NCBI RefSeq assembly: GCF_051550675.1
Contig: NZ_JBPULF010000002.1
Coordinates: 441,879 to 505,878 of the forward strand
From: Paeniglutamicibacter sp. R2-26
GTDB lineage: Bacteria > Actinomycetota > Actinomycetes > Actinomycetales > Micrococcaceae
DNA length: 64,000 bases
Reading direction: 5' to 3'
Of the stretch, positions 36,182-44,371 are shown one piece after another (position 1 is the stretch's first letter; every line of letters begins with the position of its first letter). Both the position numbers and the translations under genes were made by a program. Below the pieces are notes generated by a model. The model did not search any database. It was not told where the DNA came from and was given only the letters and a program-made list of their open reading frames with translations.

Positions 36182-36220
36182 TCGAGTAGCATGGCGGAAG
36201 ATCACTTCCATGGAGGAACA
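36182..36220 (+). promoter_or_regulatory. conserved leader, copy 1 (TCGAGTAGCATGGCGGAAGATCACTTCCATGGAGGAACA)
   Basis: Near-identical 39-nt element also at 36870-36908. Contains a TAGCAT/TAGTAT -10-like hexamer and a GGAGGA RBS immediately before each DUF805 start. Confidence 0.5.
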
Positions 36221-36226
36221 AGCTCG

Positions 36227-36724
36227 ATGCCACACCCCGTGGGCCCCAACCAGTCCCCCTCAGCACTCCCCGCACCGGATGACCTGGACCTGCCCCGCTA
36301 CGGAGCCACGTTCGGCGAAGCCGTCGCACTGTTCTTCAAGAAATACGGAACCTTCGAGGGCCGTGCCAGCCGCAGCGAGTACTGGTGGATCATGTTGCTC
36401 AATACCCTCGTCACGGTCGCTTGCCTTGCCCTCATGGTGGCGGGCGGCAAGAACATCTTCGACCGGACATCCACCGAGATGCCTGATGTTGCGACTTTCT
36501 GGCTGCTGCTGTGGCTGGCCTACTACCTCGCCACGCTGTTCCCGAATTGGGCCCTGGGAACCCGCCGCTTCCACGACGCCAACATCGACGTGCCCTACCT
36601 GATCTGCATGACGCCGTACGTCGGGTTGCCCATCGCCCTATTCCTTGCCCTGAAGCCGTCCGACTCGGCGGGCGTACGATTCGACAAAGGCTGGGTCCCG
36701 CCAACGGAGCAGCCGGAGCAGTAG
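36227..36724 (+). CDS. DUF805-family inner membrane protein, copy 1
   Basis: RSEYWW motif and TM helices (YhaH/YhaI-like). Start preferred at ATG 36227 (MPHPVGP), 7 nt after GGAGGA. In-frame ATG 36191 would add MAEDHFHGGTSS. Confidence 0.7.
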   Translation: MPHPVGPNQSPSALPAPDDLDLPRYGATFGEAVALFFKKYGTFEGRASRSEYWWIMLLNTLVTVACLALMVAGGKNIFDRTSTEMPDVATFWLLLWLAYYLATLFPNWALGTRRFHDANIDVPYLICMTPYVGLPIALFLALKPSDSAGVRFDKGWVPPTEQPEQ

Positions 36725-36869
36725 CCACGAGGCAAACGACGTCGGCAACACATGTGTGACAGCAGTGCGTCCTTACGACCTCCGAGCACATATCAGGCCG
36801 CGTGCGCGACTCAGCACCCGGCGGATCCGTCGTCCGGCATCCAACGGCCCGCGAATCCCGGGCGGTGCG

Positions 36870-36908
36870 TCGAGTAGTATGGCGAACGATCACTTCGATG
36901 GAGGAACA
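36870..36908 (+). promoter_or_regulatory. conserved leader, copy 2 (TCGAGTAGTATGGCGAACGATCACTTCGATGGAGGAACA)
   Basis: 36 of 39 positions identical to copy 1. The upstream ATG is here out of frame with the DUF805 ORF, arguing the element is a conserved promoter/UTR rather than coding. Confidence 0.5.
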
Positions 36909-36912
36909 CACC

Positions 36913-37413
36913 ATGTCATACCCGCCAAACCCCTATGGGGCCCCAGCCCCTTCGACTCCCCAGGACAGCCTGGACCTTCCCCTGTATGGGGCCAGCTTGG
37001 GCCAGGCCGTCAAGCGGTACTTCACCAAGTACGCGACATTCAGCGGCCGCGCCAGCCGCAGCGAATACTGGTGGGTCCAGCTGTTCAACGCGCTGGTCGG
37101 GTTCGCGGCACTGGCCATCGTGGCCATCGGCGGCGGCTTCAACGAACCGGCCACTGCCGGCGAGATGCCTCCGGGCGCCATCCCCGGCGTCCTGCTGCTG
37201 AGCCTCTACGGCCTTGCCACATTCATCCCCAGCCTGGCACTGGTGGTGCGCCGCTTCCACGACGCCAACTTCAGCGGCTGGCTCTACCTGCTCGCATTCG
37301 TCCCCTTCTTCGGGTCGATCGTCGTCCTGGTCTTCGTGCTGATGCCCTCGAACCCGGCAGGTGCGCGCTTCGACAAGGGCCAGGCCTGGCCGGCGGGTTA
37401 CCCCGCGCCCTGA
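36913..37413 (+). CDS. DUF805-family inner membrane protein, copy 2
   Basis: RASRSEYWW motif and Pro-rich N-terminal tail. ATG 36913 follows GGAGGA. Confidence 0.7.
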   Translation: MSYPPNPYGAPAPSTPQDSLDLPLYGASLGQAVKRYFTKYATFSGRASRSEYWWVQLFNALVGFAALAIVAIGGGFNEPATAGEMPPGAIPGVLLLSLYGLATFIPSLALVVRRFHDANFSGWLYLLAFVPFFGSIVVLVFVLMPSNPAGARFDKGQAWPAGYPAP

Positions 37414-37525
37414 CCTCGCCACTTGAGCAAACAATGCCCCTGCCACCGGATCCGGTGGCAGGGGCATTGTTCATGGTGCGACACCGTGGCCGCCGGGAAC
37501 CGTGCCAAACCAATCCGTGACAGCA

Positions 37526-37561
37526 TTCACTTTCAGTAGGTAGACTGGTCTACCTACTGAA
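37526..37561 (+). promoter_or_regulatory. 17-bp-arm perfect palindrome upstream of the TetR/EamA pair
   Basis: ACTTTCAGTAGGTAGAC-tg-GTCTACCTACTGAAAGT, 13 nt before the TetR start codon. Operator and/or terminator for the upstream DUF805 gene. Confidence 0.6.
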
Positions 37562-37573
37562 AGTTGGGATGCA

Positions 37574-38170
37574 ATGGGTGAATCGGCAGGCCGGCAGCGC
37601 CCGGCGCGGGAACGGTTGCTCAGGGCCGCGGCCGACTTGTTCTACGCGCAGGGAATCGCCGCGACGGGAATCGACGCCGTCACGGCTCAGGCCGGCGTCG
37701 CGCGCAAGAGCCTCTACAACAACTTCGCGTCCAAGGACGAGCTGGTACTCACCTACCTCACCGAGCGGCACCTCGAGTGGCTGGAGCTCCACCGGCAACG
37801 CGCAGCCGGCGCGCGCACGGCACGGGAGCTGGTGCTCGCGGTATTCGACGCCTACATCGACCACGCCGAATCCGCATACTCCCACGGCTTCCGCGGGTGC
37901 GGCCTGCTCAACGCCGCGGCCGAGCTGCCCGCCGGTGCGCCCGGGCGGGAGTCGGTGCGCGAGCACAAGGAAGAGGTCGAGTCCCTCCTTGCCGCGGCAC
38001 TGGCCGAGGACCTCGGCGCCGAACGAGCTGCCGAAACGGCCGAGCAGCTCTCGTTCCTGCTCGAAGGGGCCGTGGCCCGCGCCGGCCTGGAAGGCACTGC
38101 CGAACGCCTGGTCCGCGCCCGTACCATGGCCGCGGCGCTCGTGGACGGTGCGCTGGCGGGCGCCGCATGA
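37574..38170 (+). CDS. TetR-family transcriptional regulator
   Basis: HTH (ATGIDAVTAQAGVARKSLYNNFASKDELV). 198 aa. Stop overlaps the exporter start (ATGA). Confidence 0.85.
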   Translation: MGESAGRQRPARERLLRAAADLFYAQGIAATGIDAVTAQAGVARKSLYNNFASKDELVLTYLTERHLEWLELHRQRAAGARTARELVLAVFDAYIDHAESAYSHGFRGCGLLNAAAELPAGAPGRESVREHKEEVESLLAAALAEDLGAERAAETAEQLSFLLEGAVARAGLEGTAERLVRARTMAAALVDGALAGAA

Positions 38171-39138
38171 ACCGCGGGCGGTTGCTGGCCATCGGGGCCG
38201 TCACCGTGACCTCGGTCCTGTGGGGCACCACGGGAACCGCGGCAACCTTCGCACCGGCCGCCGGGCCGCTGGCGATCGGTGCAGCAGCCCTGGGGATCGG
38301 CGGCATCCTGCAGGCCCTGATCGCGGTCCCCGCTCTGCTGGCCCACCGATCCCTGTTGCGCGCCAACCTGCCGCTGGTGGCCCTGGGCGCGCTGGCCGTG
38401 GCGATCTACCCCCTGGCGTTCTACAGCTCCATGCACCTGGCCGGGGTGGCGCTGGGCACCGTGGTGTCGCTGGCCTCCGCACCGCTTGCCTCCGGGCTGC
38501 TCGAGCGGTTCGTGCAGCGCACACCGCTGGGCACCTGGTGGATGGTTGCGGCGGGGCTCGGCATCACCGGCAGCGTCCTGCTCTGCCTGTCCAAGATGGG
38601 CGGCGGGTCCGGCGATGCCGGAAACACCCTGGCCGGGATGGCGCTCGGGCTCGTCGCCGGCGCCACCTACGCCTGCTATTCGTGGTGCGCCCGCCGACTT
38701 ATGGACCGGGGCGTCGAACGCTCCGCCTCGATGGGCGCGGTGTTCGGCGCCGGAGGCCTCCTGCTGCTTCCGGTGCTCGTGGTGACCGGCGCACCGCTGC
38801 TCGCCAGCCAGCAGGCGTTCGCCGTGGCCACCTACATGGCCCTGGTTCCGATGTTCCTGGGCTACGTGCTGTTCGGGTACGGCCTGGCGCGCCTGGGCGC
38901 CGGCACGGCCACCACCATCACTCTGAGCGAGCCGGCCGTTGCAGCGCTGCTTGCGGTGCTCGTTGTCGGGGAAACCCTTGGCCCCCTTGGCTGGGTCGGG
39001 CTGGCCGTCATCGGCGCGGCCCTTGCGGTGCTCGCCCTGGCCCCGGCCCAAGCCGCCGCGCCCGAAGCGATGCCCCGGCGGCGCGGGGTCCAGCCGGTTT
39101 CCGTCGCTCCCACCGGAAGCCGCACCCTCGGTAGCTGA
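38167..39138 (+). CDS. EamA/DMT-superfamily transporter
   Basis: About 10 TM helices and two EamA-like repeats. ATG 38167 is translationally coupled to tetR. Confidence 0.75.
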   Translation: MNRGRLLAIGAVTVTSVLWGTTGTAATFAPAAGPLAIGAAALGIGGILQALIAVPALLAHRSLLRANLPLVALGALAVAIYPLAFYSSMHLAGVALGTVVSLASAPLASGLLERFVQRTPLGTWWMVAAGLGITGSVLLCLSKMGGGSGDAGNTLAGMALGLVAGATYACYSWCARRLMDRGVERSASMGAVFGAGGLLLLPVLVVTGAPLLASQQAFAVATYMALVPMFLGYVLFGYGLARLGAGTATTITLSEPAVAALLAVLVVGETLGPLGWVGLAVIGAALAVLALAPAQAAAPEAMPRRRGVQPVSVAPTGSRTLGS

Positions 39139-39483
39139 CCGCCGGTCGCTGCCTTCCTTGCACCCTTTGCGGCGGCCGCCACAGGACCTCGCCGGGGCTC
39201 TTCGGCGCAGCATTTCAGCGCCCGCGGACCGGGGCGGCAGCCGAGTTGTCTGGTCAACTCCCCCCGCACCTGCACAACCGGCCCCGGCTCCCGCACCGCG
39301 GGCCACGCGACAGGCGGCTCACCTCCCGTTAACCGCACCGCTACAGGTCAGCGGTTCAACGCGCGCCGGAATCCCAACACCAGAAATGCAGTGTCCGTTC
39401 ACCGTCAGTTCACGGATTTGGTGGTTTGTGGTTGAAGTCGGTGCATAGCGTCGTCGTTCGGCACAGGATCCTGTGCACACAAG

Positions 39484-40428
39484 ATGATGACTTCCGAAGG
39501 AACCAGCACCGTGTCTACTCGCACCAAGATTTCGGCCCTCACCCTCGCCCTGCTCGCCAGCGTCTCCCTGGCGGCCTGCTCGTCCACCCCCGCGGGCAAC
39601 GCACAGACCCCGGAAGCCGCAGCCGGCTTCGCCAAGGACGCCAACACCCTGGTGTTCGGCGTCGTCCCGGACTCCGTCGACACCGAGACCAACTACCAGC
39701 CGCTGATGGACTACCTGGCCAAGGAAACCGGCAAGACCGTCGAGTACCACGAGTCCACCGACTACGCAGCGCTCATCGAGGCCTCCATCGCCGGCAAGAT
39801 CGACGTCGCCTCCTTCTCCGGCTTCACGTACGTGACGGCCACCAACAACGGCGCCAAGCTCACCCCGGTGTCCTCCATCGTCACCGCCGAGGGCCAGGAG
39901 CCGGGCTACTACTCCCAGGCCATCGTGCCGGTGGACAGCGACATCAAGACCATCGCCGACATGAAGGGCAAGAAGGTCTGCTTCGTGGACCCGTCCTCCA
40001 CCTCCGGCTACCTCTTCCCGTCCTACAACCTGGGCAAGGCCGGCATCAACGTCGAGGCGGACATCGAGAAGGTCTTCGCCGGAAAGCACGACGTCTCCGT
40101 GACGAAGGTCGGCGAGGGCAAGGAGTGCGAGGCAGGCTTCGCCGAGGACAGCGAGGTGGCCAAGAGCGACAAGGTCAAGGTCATCGACCAGACCATGGTT
40201 CCCGGTGCACCGATCGTTGTCTCCAACAACCTGCCGGAGGACCTGCGCACCGAGGTCGCAGGGCTGATGAAGGAACTGAGCATCGACGAGATCGCCGCGG
40301 CCGGCATCAAGGGCGCCGACTCCGAGGGCTTCAAGGCCGTCTTCTTCGAGACCAAGCCGGTGGACGACGCCTACTACAACACCATCCGCGACATCTGCAA
40401 GAGCACCAACGCCTCGCAGTGCCAGTAG
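39484..40428 (+). CDS. phnD: phosphonate/phosphite ABC transporter substrate-binding lipoprotein
   Basis: Lipobox LAAC. PhnD-type periplasmic binding fold (TLVFGVVPDS…YQPLMDYLAKETG). Confidence 0.8.
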   Translation: MMTSEGTSTVSTRTKISALTLALLASVSLAACSSTPAGNAQTPEAAAGFAKDANTLVFGVVPDSVDTETNYQPLMDYLAKETGKTVEYHESTDYAALIEASIAGKIDVASFSGFTYVTATNNGAKLTPVSSIVTAEGQEPGYYSQAIVPVDSDIKTIADMKGKKVCFVDPSSTSGYLFPSYNLGKAGINVEADIEKVFAGKHDVSVTKVGEGKECEAGFAEDSEVAKSDKVKVIDQTMVPGAPIVVSNNLPEDLRTEVAGLMKELSIDEIAAAGIKGADSEGFKAVFFETKPVDDAYYNTIRDICKSTNASQCQ

Positions 40429-40448
40429 CCAACACGTAGATCGAAGGG

Positions 40449-41297
40449 ATGGAACAGGTGGAGAAGATGACTGGACACGCAATCACGGCCACGAACGTGG
40501 TCAAGGTCTTCGGCGACAAGACGGCCCTCAAGGGCGTCGACCTCGCCGTGGAGCCCGGGGAAATGGTGGTGCTGCTGGGCCTTTCGGGTTCCGGGAAGTC
40601 GACCTTCCTGCGCCACGTGGACGGGCTGGAAACCCCGACCAGCGGCACGCTGAACGTGCTGGGCCGGGACCTCTCCACGCTCTCGGGCCGGGAGATGCGC
40701 CAGCTGCGCTCCCGGGTCGGCTTCGTGTTCCAGCAGTTCGAGCTTGTTCCATCCCTGACGGCACTCGAAAACGTGCTGACCGGCACCCTGGCCACGCTCC
40801 GCGGCCCGCGCCTGGGCCTTGCCACCTACCCGCGCCGCCTGCGCGTGAAGGCGCTTGAAACCCTCGAGCGGGTGGGCCTGCTGGAGCGTGCCTACGCCCG
40901 CGCCGACACCCTCTCCGGCGGGCAGCAGCAGCGCGTCGCGATCGCCCGCGCCCTCATGCAGGAACCCGAGATCCTGCTGGCCGACGAACCCGTCGCCTCG
41001 CTTGACCCCGAATCGAGCCGGGTGGTCATGTCGCTGATCCGCGACATCGCCCGCGAACGCAACCTCACGGTACTGTGCTCGCTGCACCAAGTGGACCTGG
41101 CCCTCTCCTGGGCCGACCGGATCATCGGGCTGCGCGAGGGCGCAGTGGTCCTGGACACCCCGACCGCCGGGCTGGGCCGCGCCGAGGTCATGGAAATCTA
41201 CGGGAAGGTCTCCGTCGAGGCCGCCGCGGCGCCCGAGGCGCCGCAGCACCCGGTGCACGCAGCATCCCTGGCCGTCAGCGGGGCATCCGCCCGATGA
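40449..41297 (+). CDS. phnC: phosphonate ABC transporter ATP-binding protein
   Basis: Walker A GLSGSGKST, signature LSGGQQQR, Walker B ILLADEP. Confidence 0.85.
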   Translation: MEQVEKMTGHAITATNVVKVFGDKTALKGVDLAVEPGEMVVLLGLSGSGKSTFLRHVDGLETPTSGTLNVLGRDLSTLSGREMRQLRSRVGFVFQQFELVPSLTALENVLTGTLATLRGPRLGLATYPRRLRVKALETLERVGLLERAYARADTLSGGQQQRVAIARALMQEPEILLADEPVASLDPESSRVVMSLIRDIARERNLTVLCSLHQVDLALSWADRIIGLREGAVVLDTPTAGLGRAEVMEIYGKVSVEAAAAPEAPQHPVHAASLAVSGASAR

Positions 41298-43003
41298 GCC
41301 TCGACACCCGGATCCCCGCACGACCCTCCCCGGCGGCGGCAGCGGGCTGGCCCGGCGCCCTGCCGCGGCCGACCCCCGAACGCACAGCGGTGGTACTGAC
41401 CCTGCTGGCCCTGGTGGGAGTGTCCCTCTACTCGCTGGCGCAGGCCGAGATCTCGATCGCCAACATGCTCGGGAGCATCGAGAACGCCGAACGTTTCCTG
41501 GCCCGCGTCGGCACCGTGAAGTTCCCGCCCATGGCGGAACTGCTCGAACTCACGGCACTGACCCTGGGCCTGGTGCTGACCGGCACGCTGCTGGCCGCCG
41601 CACTCTCCGTGCCGGTGGCCTACATCGCCGCAGCAAACACCACCCCCGGCCCCGCCTTCCAGGCCGTCGGCCGCTTCATCACCGTCTTCACCCGCGCCAT
41701 CCCCGACGTCGTCTTCGCCATGGTCTTCATCCTGGTGTTCTCGATCGGGGCGCTGCCGGGCATCCTGGCCATCGGGCTGCACTCGATCGGCATGATCTCC
41801 AAGCTCTTCGCCGACGCCATCGAGCAGATCGACGAGGGGCCGCGGCTGGCCATCCGGGCCTCCGGCGGGTCCCGGACCCAGGAGTTCATCTCCGGGGTGC
41901 TGCCGCAGGTGCTGCCCTCGTGGATCGCCACGGTGCTGCACCGCAACGACATCAACCTGCGCGGCTCGGTCATCCTGGGCTACGTGGGAGTGGTGGGCCT
42001 GGGGCTGGAAATGTCCCACGCGTTCAAGTCGCTGAACTACTCGCTTGGCGTGGGCATCGCGCTGGTGATGTTCGTGCTCTGCGTGGCCATGGAACTTGTC
42101 TCCGGCGCCATCCGCAAGGTGCTGCTGGGCCATGCAGCGGCATCCCCGCGCGGTGGCCGGGGCGCGGCGGCCCGCCGTGCCGCGCGCACCGCCGCACACT
42201 CGGCAGCCCCGTTGACGCCGCACTCGCCGCGGCCGTGGACCCCGGCACGCGTGCGCAACCTCCTCTGGGGCTGGGGCGCCGTGGCCGTTGCGCTGGCTGG
42301 CGTGTGGGTCTGCGACATCAAGTGGATGGACCTGGTCGAGGTCTGGCCCAAGCTCCCGGCCATCATGGCCCAGTTCTGGCCGCCGAACTTCGGCTCCTAC
42401 GACTTCGCGACGATGGCCTCGGCGATGGGCAAGACGCTGTCCATCGCGCTGGCCGCGGTGATCCTGGCGCTGGCCTTCTCCCTGCTGCTCGGCTCCTTCG
42501 CGGCGCGAAACGTGGCGCCCAACGACTCGGTGCGCACCGGCTCGCGGCTGGCCCTGGTGGTCATCCGCGGCGTCCCCGAGGTCATCCTGGCGATCCTGCT
42601 GATCGTCGTCACCGGGCTGGGCAGCCAGGCCGGCATCATCGCCCTGGCCTTCGGCGGCGTGGGCCTGCTGGGCAAGCTGATCGCCGACTCCCTCGAGGAG
42701 GTGCAGACCGGACCGCAGCGCGCCCTCACGGCCAGCGGCGCCACCCGCCTGCAGACCTACGCCTCGGCGACGCTGCCGCAGGGCGCCCGCGCCATCATCG
42801 GCCACAGCTTCTACCTGCTGGACACCAACATCCGTGCGGCAACGATCCTGGGCATCGTCGGCGGCGGCGGCATCGGCTACTACCTGCTCAATGCCGGGCA
42901 GGGGTCCAACTACCCGCTTGTCACCTCCATTGTGCTGATGATCCTGGTGACGGTGCTCGCCGTCGAGGGCCTGGCTATGTGGGTCCGCAAGGTCCTGCGC
43001 TAG
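41294..43003 (+). CDS. phnE: fused tandem PhnE-type ABC permease (two membrane domains)
   Basis: 569 aa. Two repeated permease modules, each with an EAA-like loop. ATGA overlap with the phnC stop. Confidence 0.8.
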   Translation: MSLDTRIPARPSPAAAAGWPGALPRPTPERTAVVLTLLALVGVSLYSLAQAEISIANMLGSIENAERFLARVGTVKFPPMAELLELTALTLGLVLTGTLLAAALSVPVAYIAAANTTPGPAFQAVGRFITVFTRAIPDVVFAMVFILVFSIGALPGILAIGLHSIGMISKLFADAIEQIDEGPRLAIRASGGSRTQEFISGVLPQVLPSWIATVLHRNDINLRGSVILGYVGVVGLGLEMSHAFKSLNYSLGVGIALVMFVLCVAMELVSGAIRKVLLGHAAASPRGGRGAAARRAARTAAHSAAPLTPHSPRPWTPARVRNLLWGWGAVAVALAGVWVCDIKWMDLVEVWPKLPAIMAQFWPPNFGSYDFATMASAMGKTLSIALAAVILALAFSLLLGSFAARNVAPNDSVRTGSRLALVVIRGVPEVILAILLIVVTGLGSQAGIIALAFGGVGLLGKLIADSLEEVQTGPQRALTASGATRLQTYASATLPQGARAIIGHSFYLLDTNIRAATILGIVGGGGIGYYLLNAGQGSNYPLVTSIVLMILVTVLAVEGLAMWVRKVLR

Positions 43004-43139
43004 CCCCGCCGCGGCGCCGACAGCACCTGCCCCGCCGCCGGCACCGCCCGCCGGCACACCCACCCGACAAGACCCAGACAGAACAGAGCCCAGGAGCCCC
43101 ATGCCACCGACAACCAGCCGCACCCCCGCACCCACCGCC

Positions 43140-44270
43140 ATGGCGTGGAAGGGACCGGGACTGCCGCACGAGACCATCGCGGTTCCGCACATCGACCTGG
43201 GCGCGGGCGACGCCCTGGTGGAAATCGAGTACGCGACGATCTGCGGGTCGGACATCCACACCGTCTCCGGCCACCGCAGCGCCGCCCCGCCCCTGGTGCT
43301 GGGCCACGAGCAGGTGGGCCGCGTGGTGGCCGCGACGCCGGAGGCCGTGCTGCACGACGGCACGCCGCTGGCCCCCGGGGACAGGGTGGTCTGGACCGTC
43401 ACCGTCAGCTGCGGGCGCTGCGCCACCTGCGCACGCGGACTGGGGCAGAAGTGCGAGGCGATCCTCAAGTACGGGCACGAGCGCATCGTCCGCGGCTGGG
43501 AACTCAACGGGGGGTTTGCCACCCACGTGCACGTGAAGGCCGGGTCCGGGATCACCCGGGTGCCCGAGGAGGTCCCCGCGGCCATCCTGGCACCGGTCTC
43601 CTGCGCGACGGCCACGGCCGCGGCGGCCCTGCGCGCGGCCGCCGGCCACCACCCGCTCGCCGGGACCACGGTCCTTGTCTCGGGGGCCGGCATGGTGGGC
43701 CTGAGCATCACCGCGATGGCGGTGACCGCCGGCGCCAACGTGGTGGTGCTGGACCCGGCCGCGGAACGCCGCGCCATGGCCCTGAAGTTCGGCGCCGTGC
43801 TGGCACTGGATCCCCGGGCGCTGGATCCCCGGGCCGTGGTCCCGGCGGCGCCGGAGGCTCCGGCACCGGGCCGGACGGCCCTGGGCGACGCGCTCACCGC
43901 GGCGCACCTTCCCGCACCGCTGGCCTGCTTCGAGGCCTCCGGTGCCCCGGCCGCCGTGGGAACCGCCATCGACGCGCTGGGCATCGGCGGGATCGCGGTG
44001 CTGGTGGGCAGCGTCTCGCCCGGCCCGGCGGTGGGGATCGACCCGGAGGCCATCGTGCGGGGGCTGAAGACGATCACCGGCGTGCACAACTACGCGGCGG
44101 AGGACCTGGAAACGGCAGTGGCTTTCATCTCCGCCACCTGGGACACCATGCCCTTCGCCGAGCTCGTGGGCCCGCGGTACTTCCTGCACGAACTCGACGC
44201 GGCGCTCGACGCGGCACGGACCGGCGCCGATGTCCGCGTGGGGATCCAGCCCGGCGGAGCCGCCGGCTAG
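43140..44270 (+). CDS. zinc-dependent alcohol dehydrogenase (MDR family)
   Basis: Catalytic Zn ligands (CGSDIHT…GHE) and structural Zn CxxCxxC…C (CGRCATCARGLGQKC). Start is uncertain: 43101 or 43140 (MAWKG). Confidence 0.75.
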   Translation: MAWKGPGLPHETIAVPHIDLGAGDALVEIEYATICGSDIHTVSGHRSAAPPLVLGHEQVGRVVAATPEAVLHDGTPLAPGDRVVWTVTVSCGRCATCARGLGQKCEAILKYGHERIVRGWELNGGFATHVHVKAGSGITRVPEEVPAAILAPVSCATATAAAALRAAAGHHPLAGTTVLVSGAGMVGLSITAMAVTAGANVVVLDPAAERRAMALKFGAVLALDPRALDPRAVVPAAPEAPAPGRTALGDALTAAHLPAPLACFEASGAPAAVGTAIDALGIGGIAVLVGSVSPGPAVGIDPEAIVRGLKTITGVHNYAAEDLETAVAFISATWDTMPFAELVGPRYFLHELDAALDAARTGADVRVGIQPGGAAG

Positions 44271-44371
44271 CTCCGCGACAGGTTGCATCGCCCAGGCGGC
44301 GGCGCCCCGCGCATTCATCCCCCACGGGAAATGCGCGGCGCGCCGCCGTCGGCGTAGATCCGGGTTCGGCC

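Noticed and set aside
36191-36226. In-frame N-terminal extension MAEDHFHGGTSS of DUF805 copy 1
   Set aside because: The equivalent ATG in copy 2 is out of frame with its ORF, and a strong GGAGGA RBS precedes the downstream ATG in both copies, so the extension is unlikely to be translated as part of the protein.
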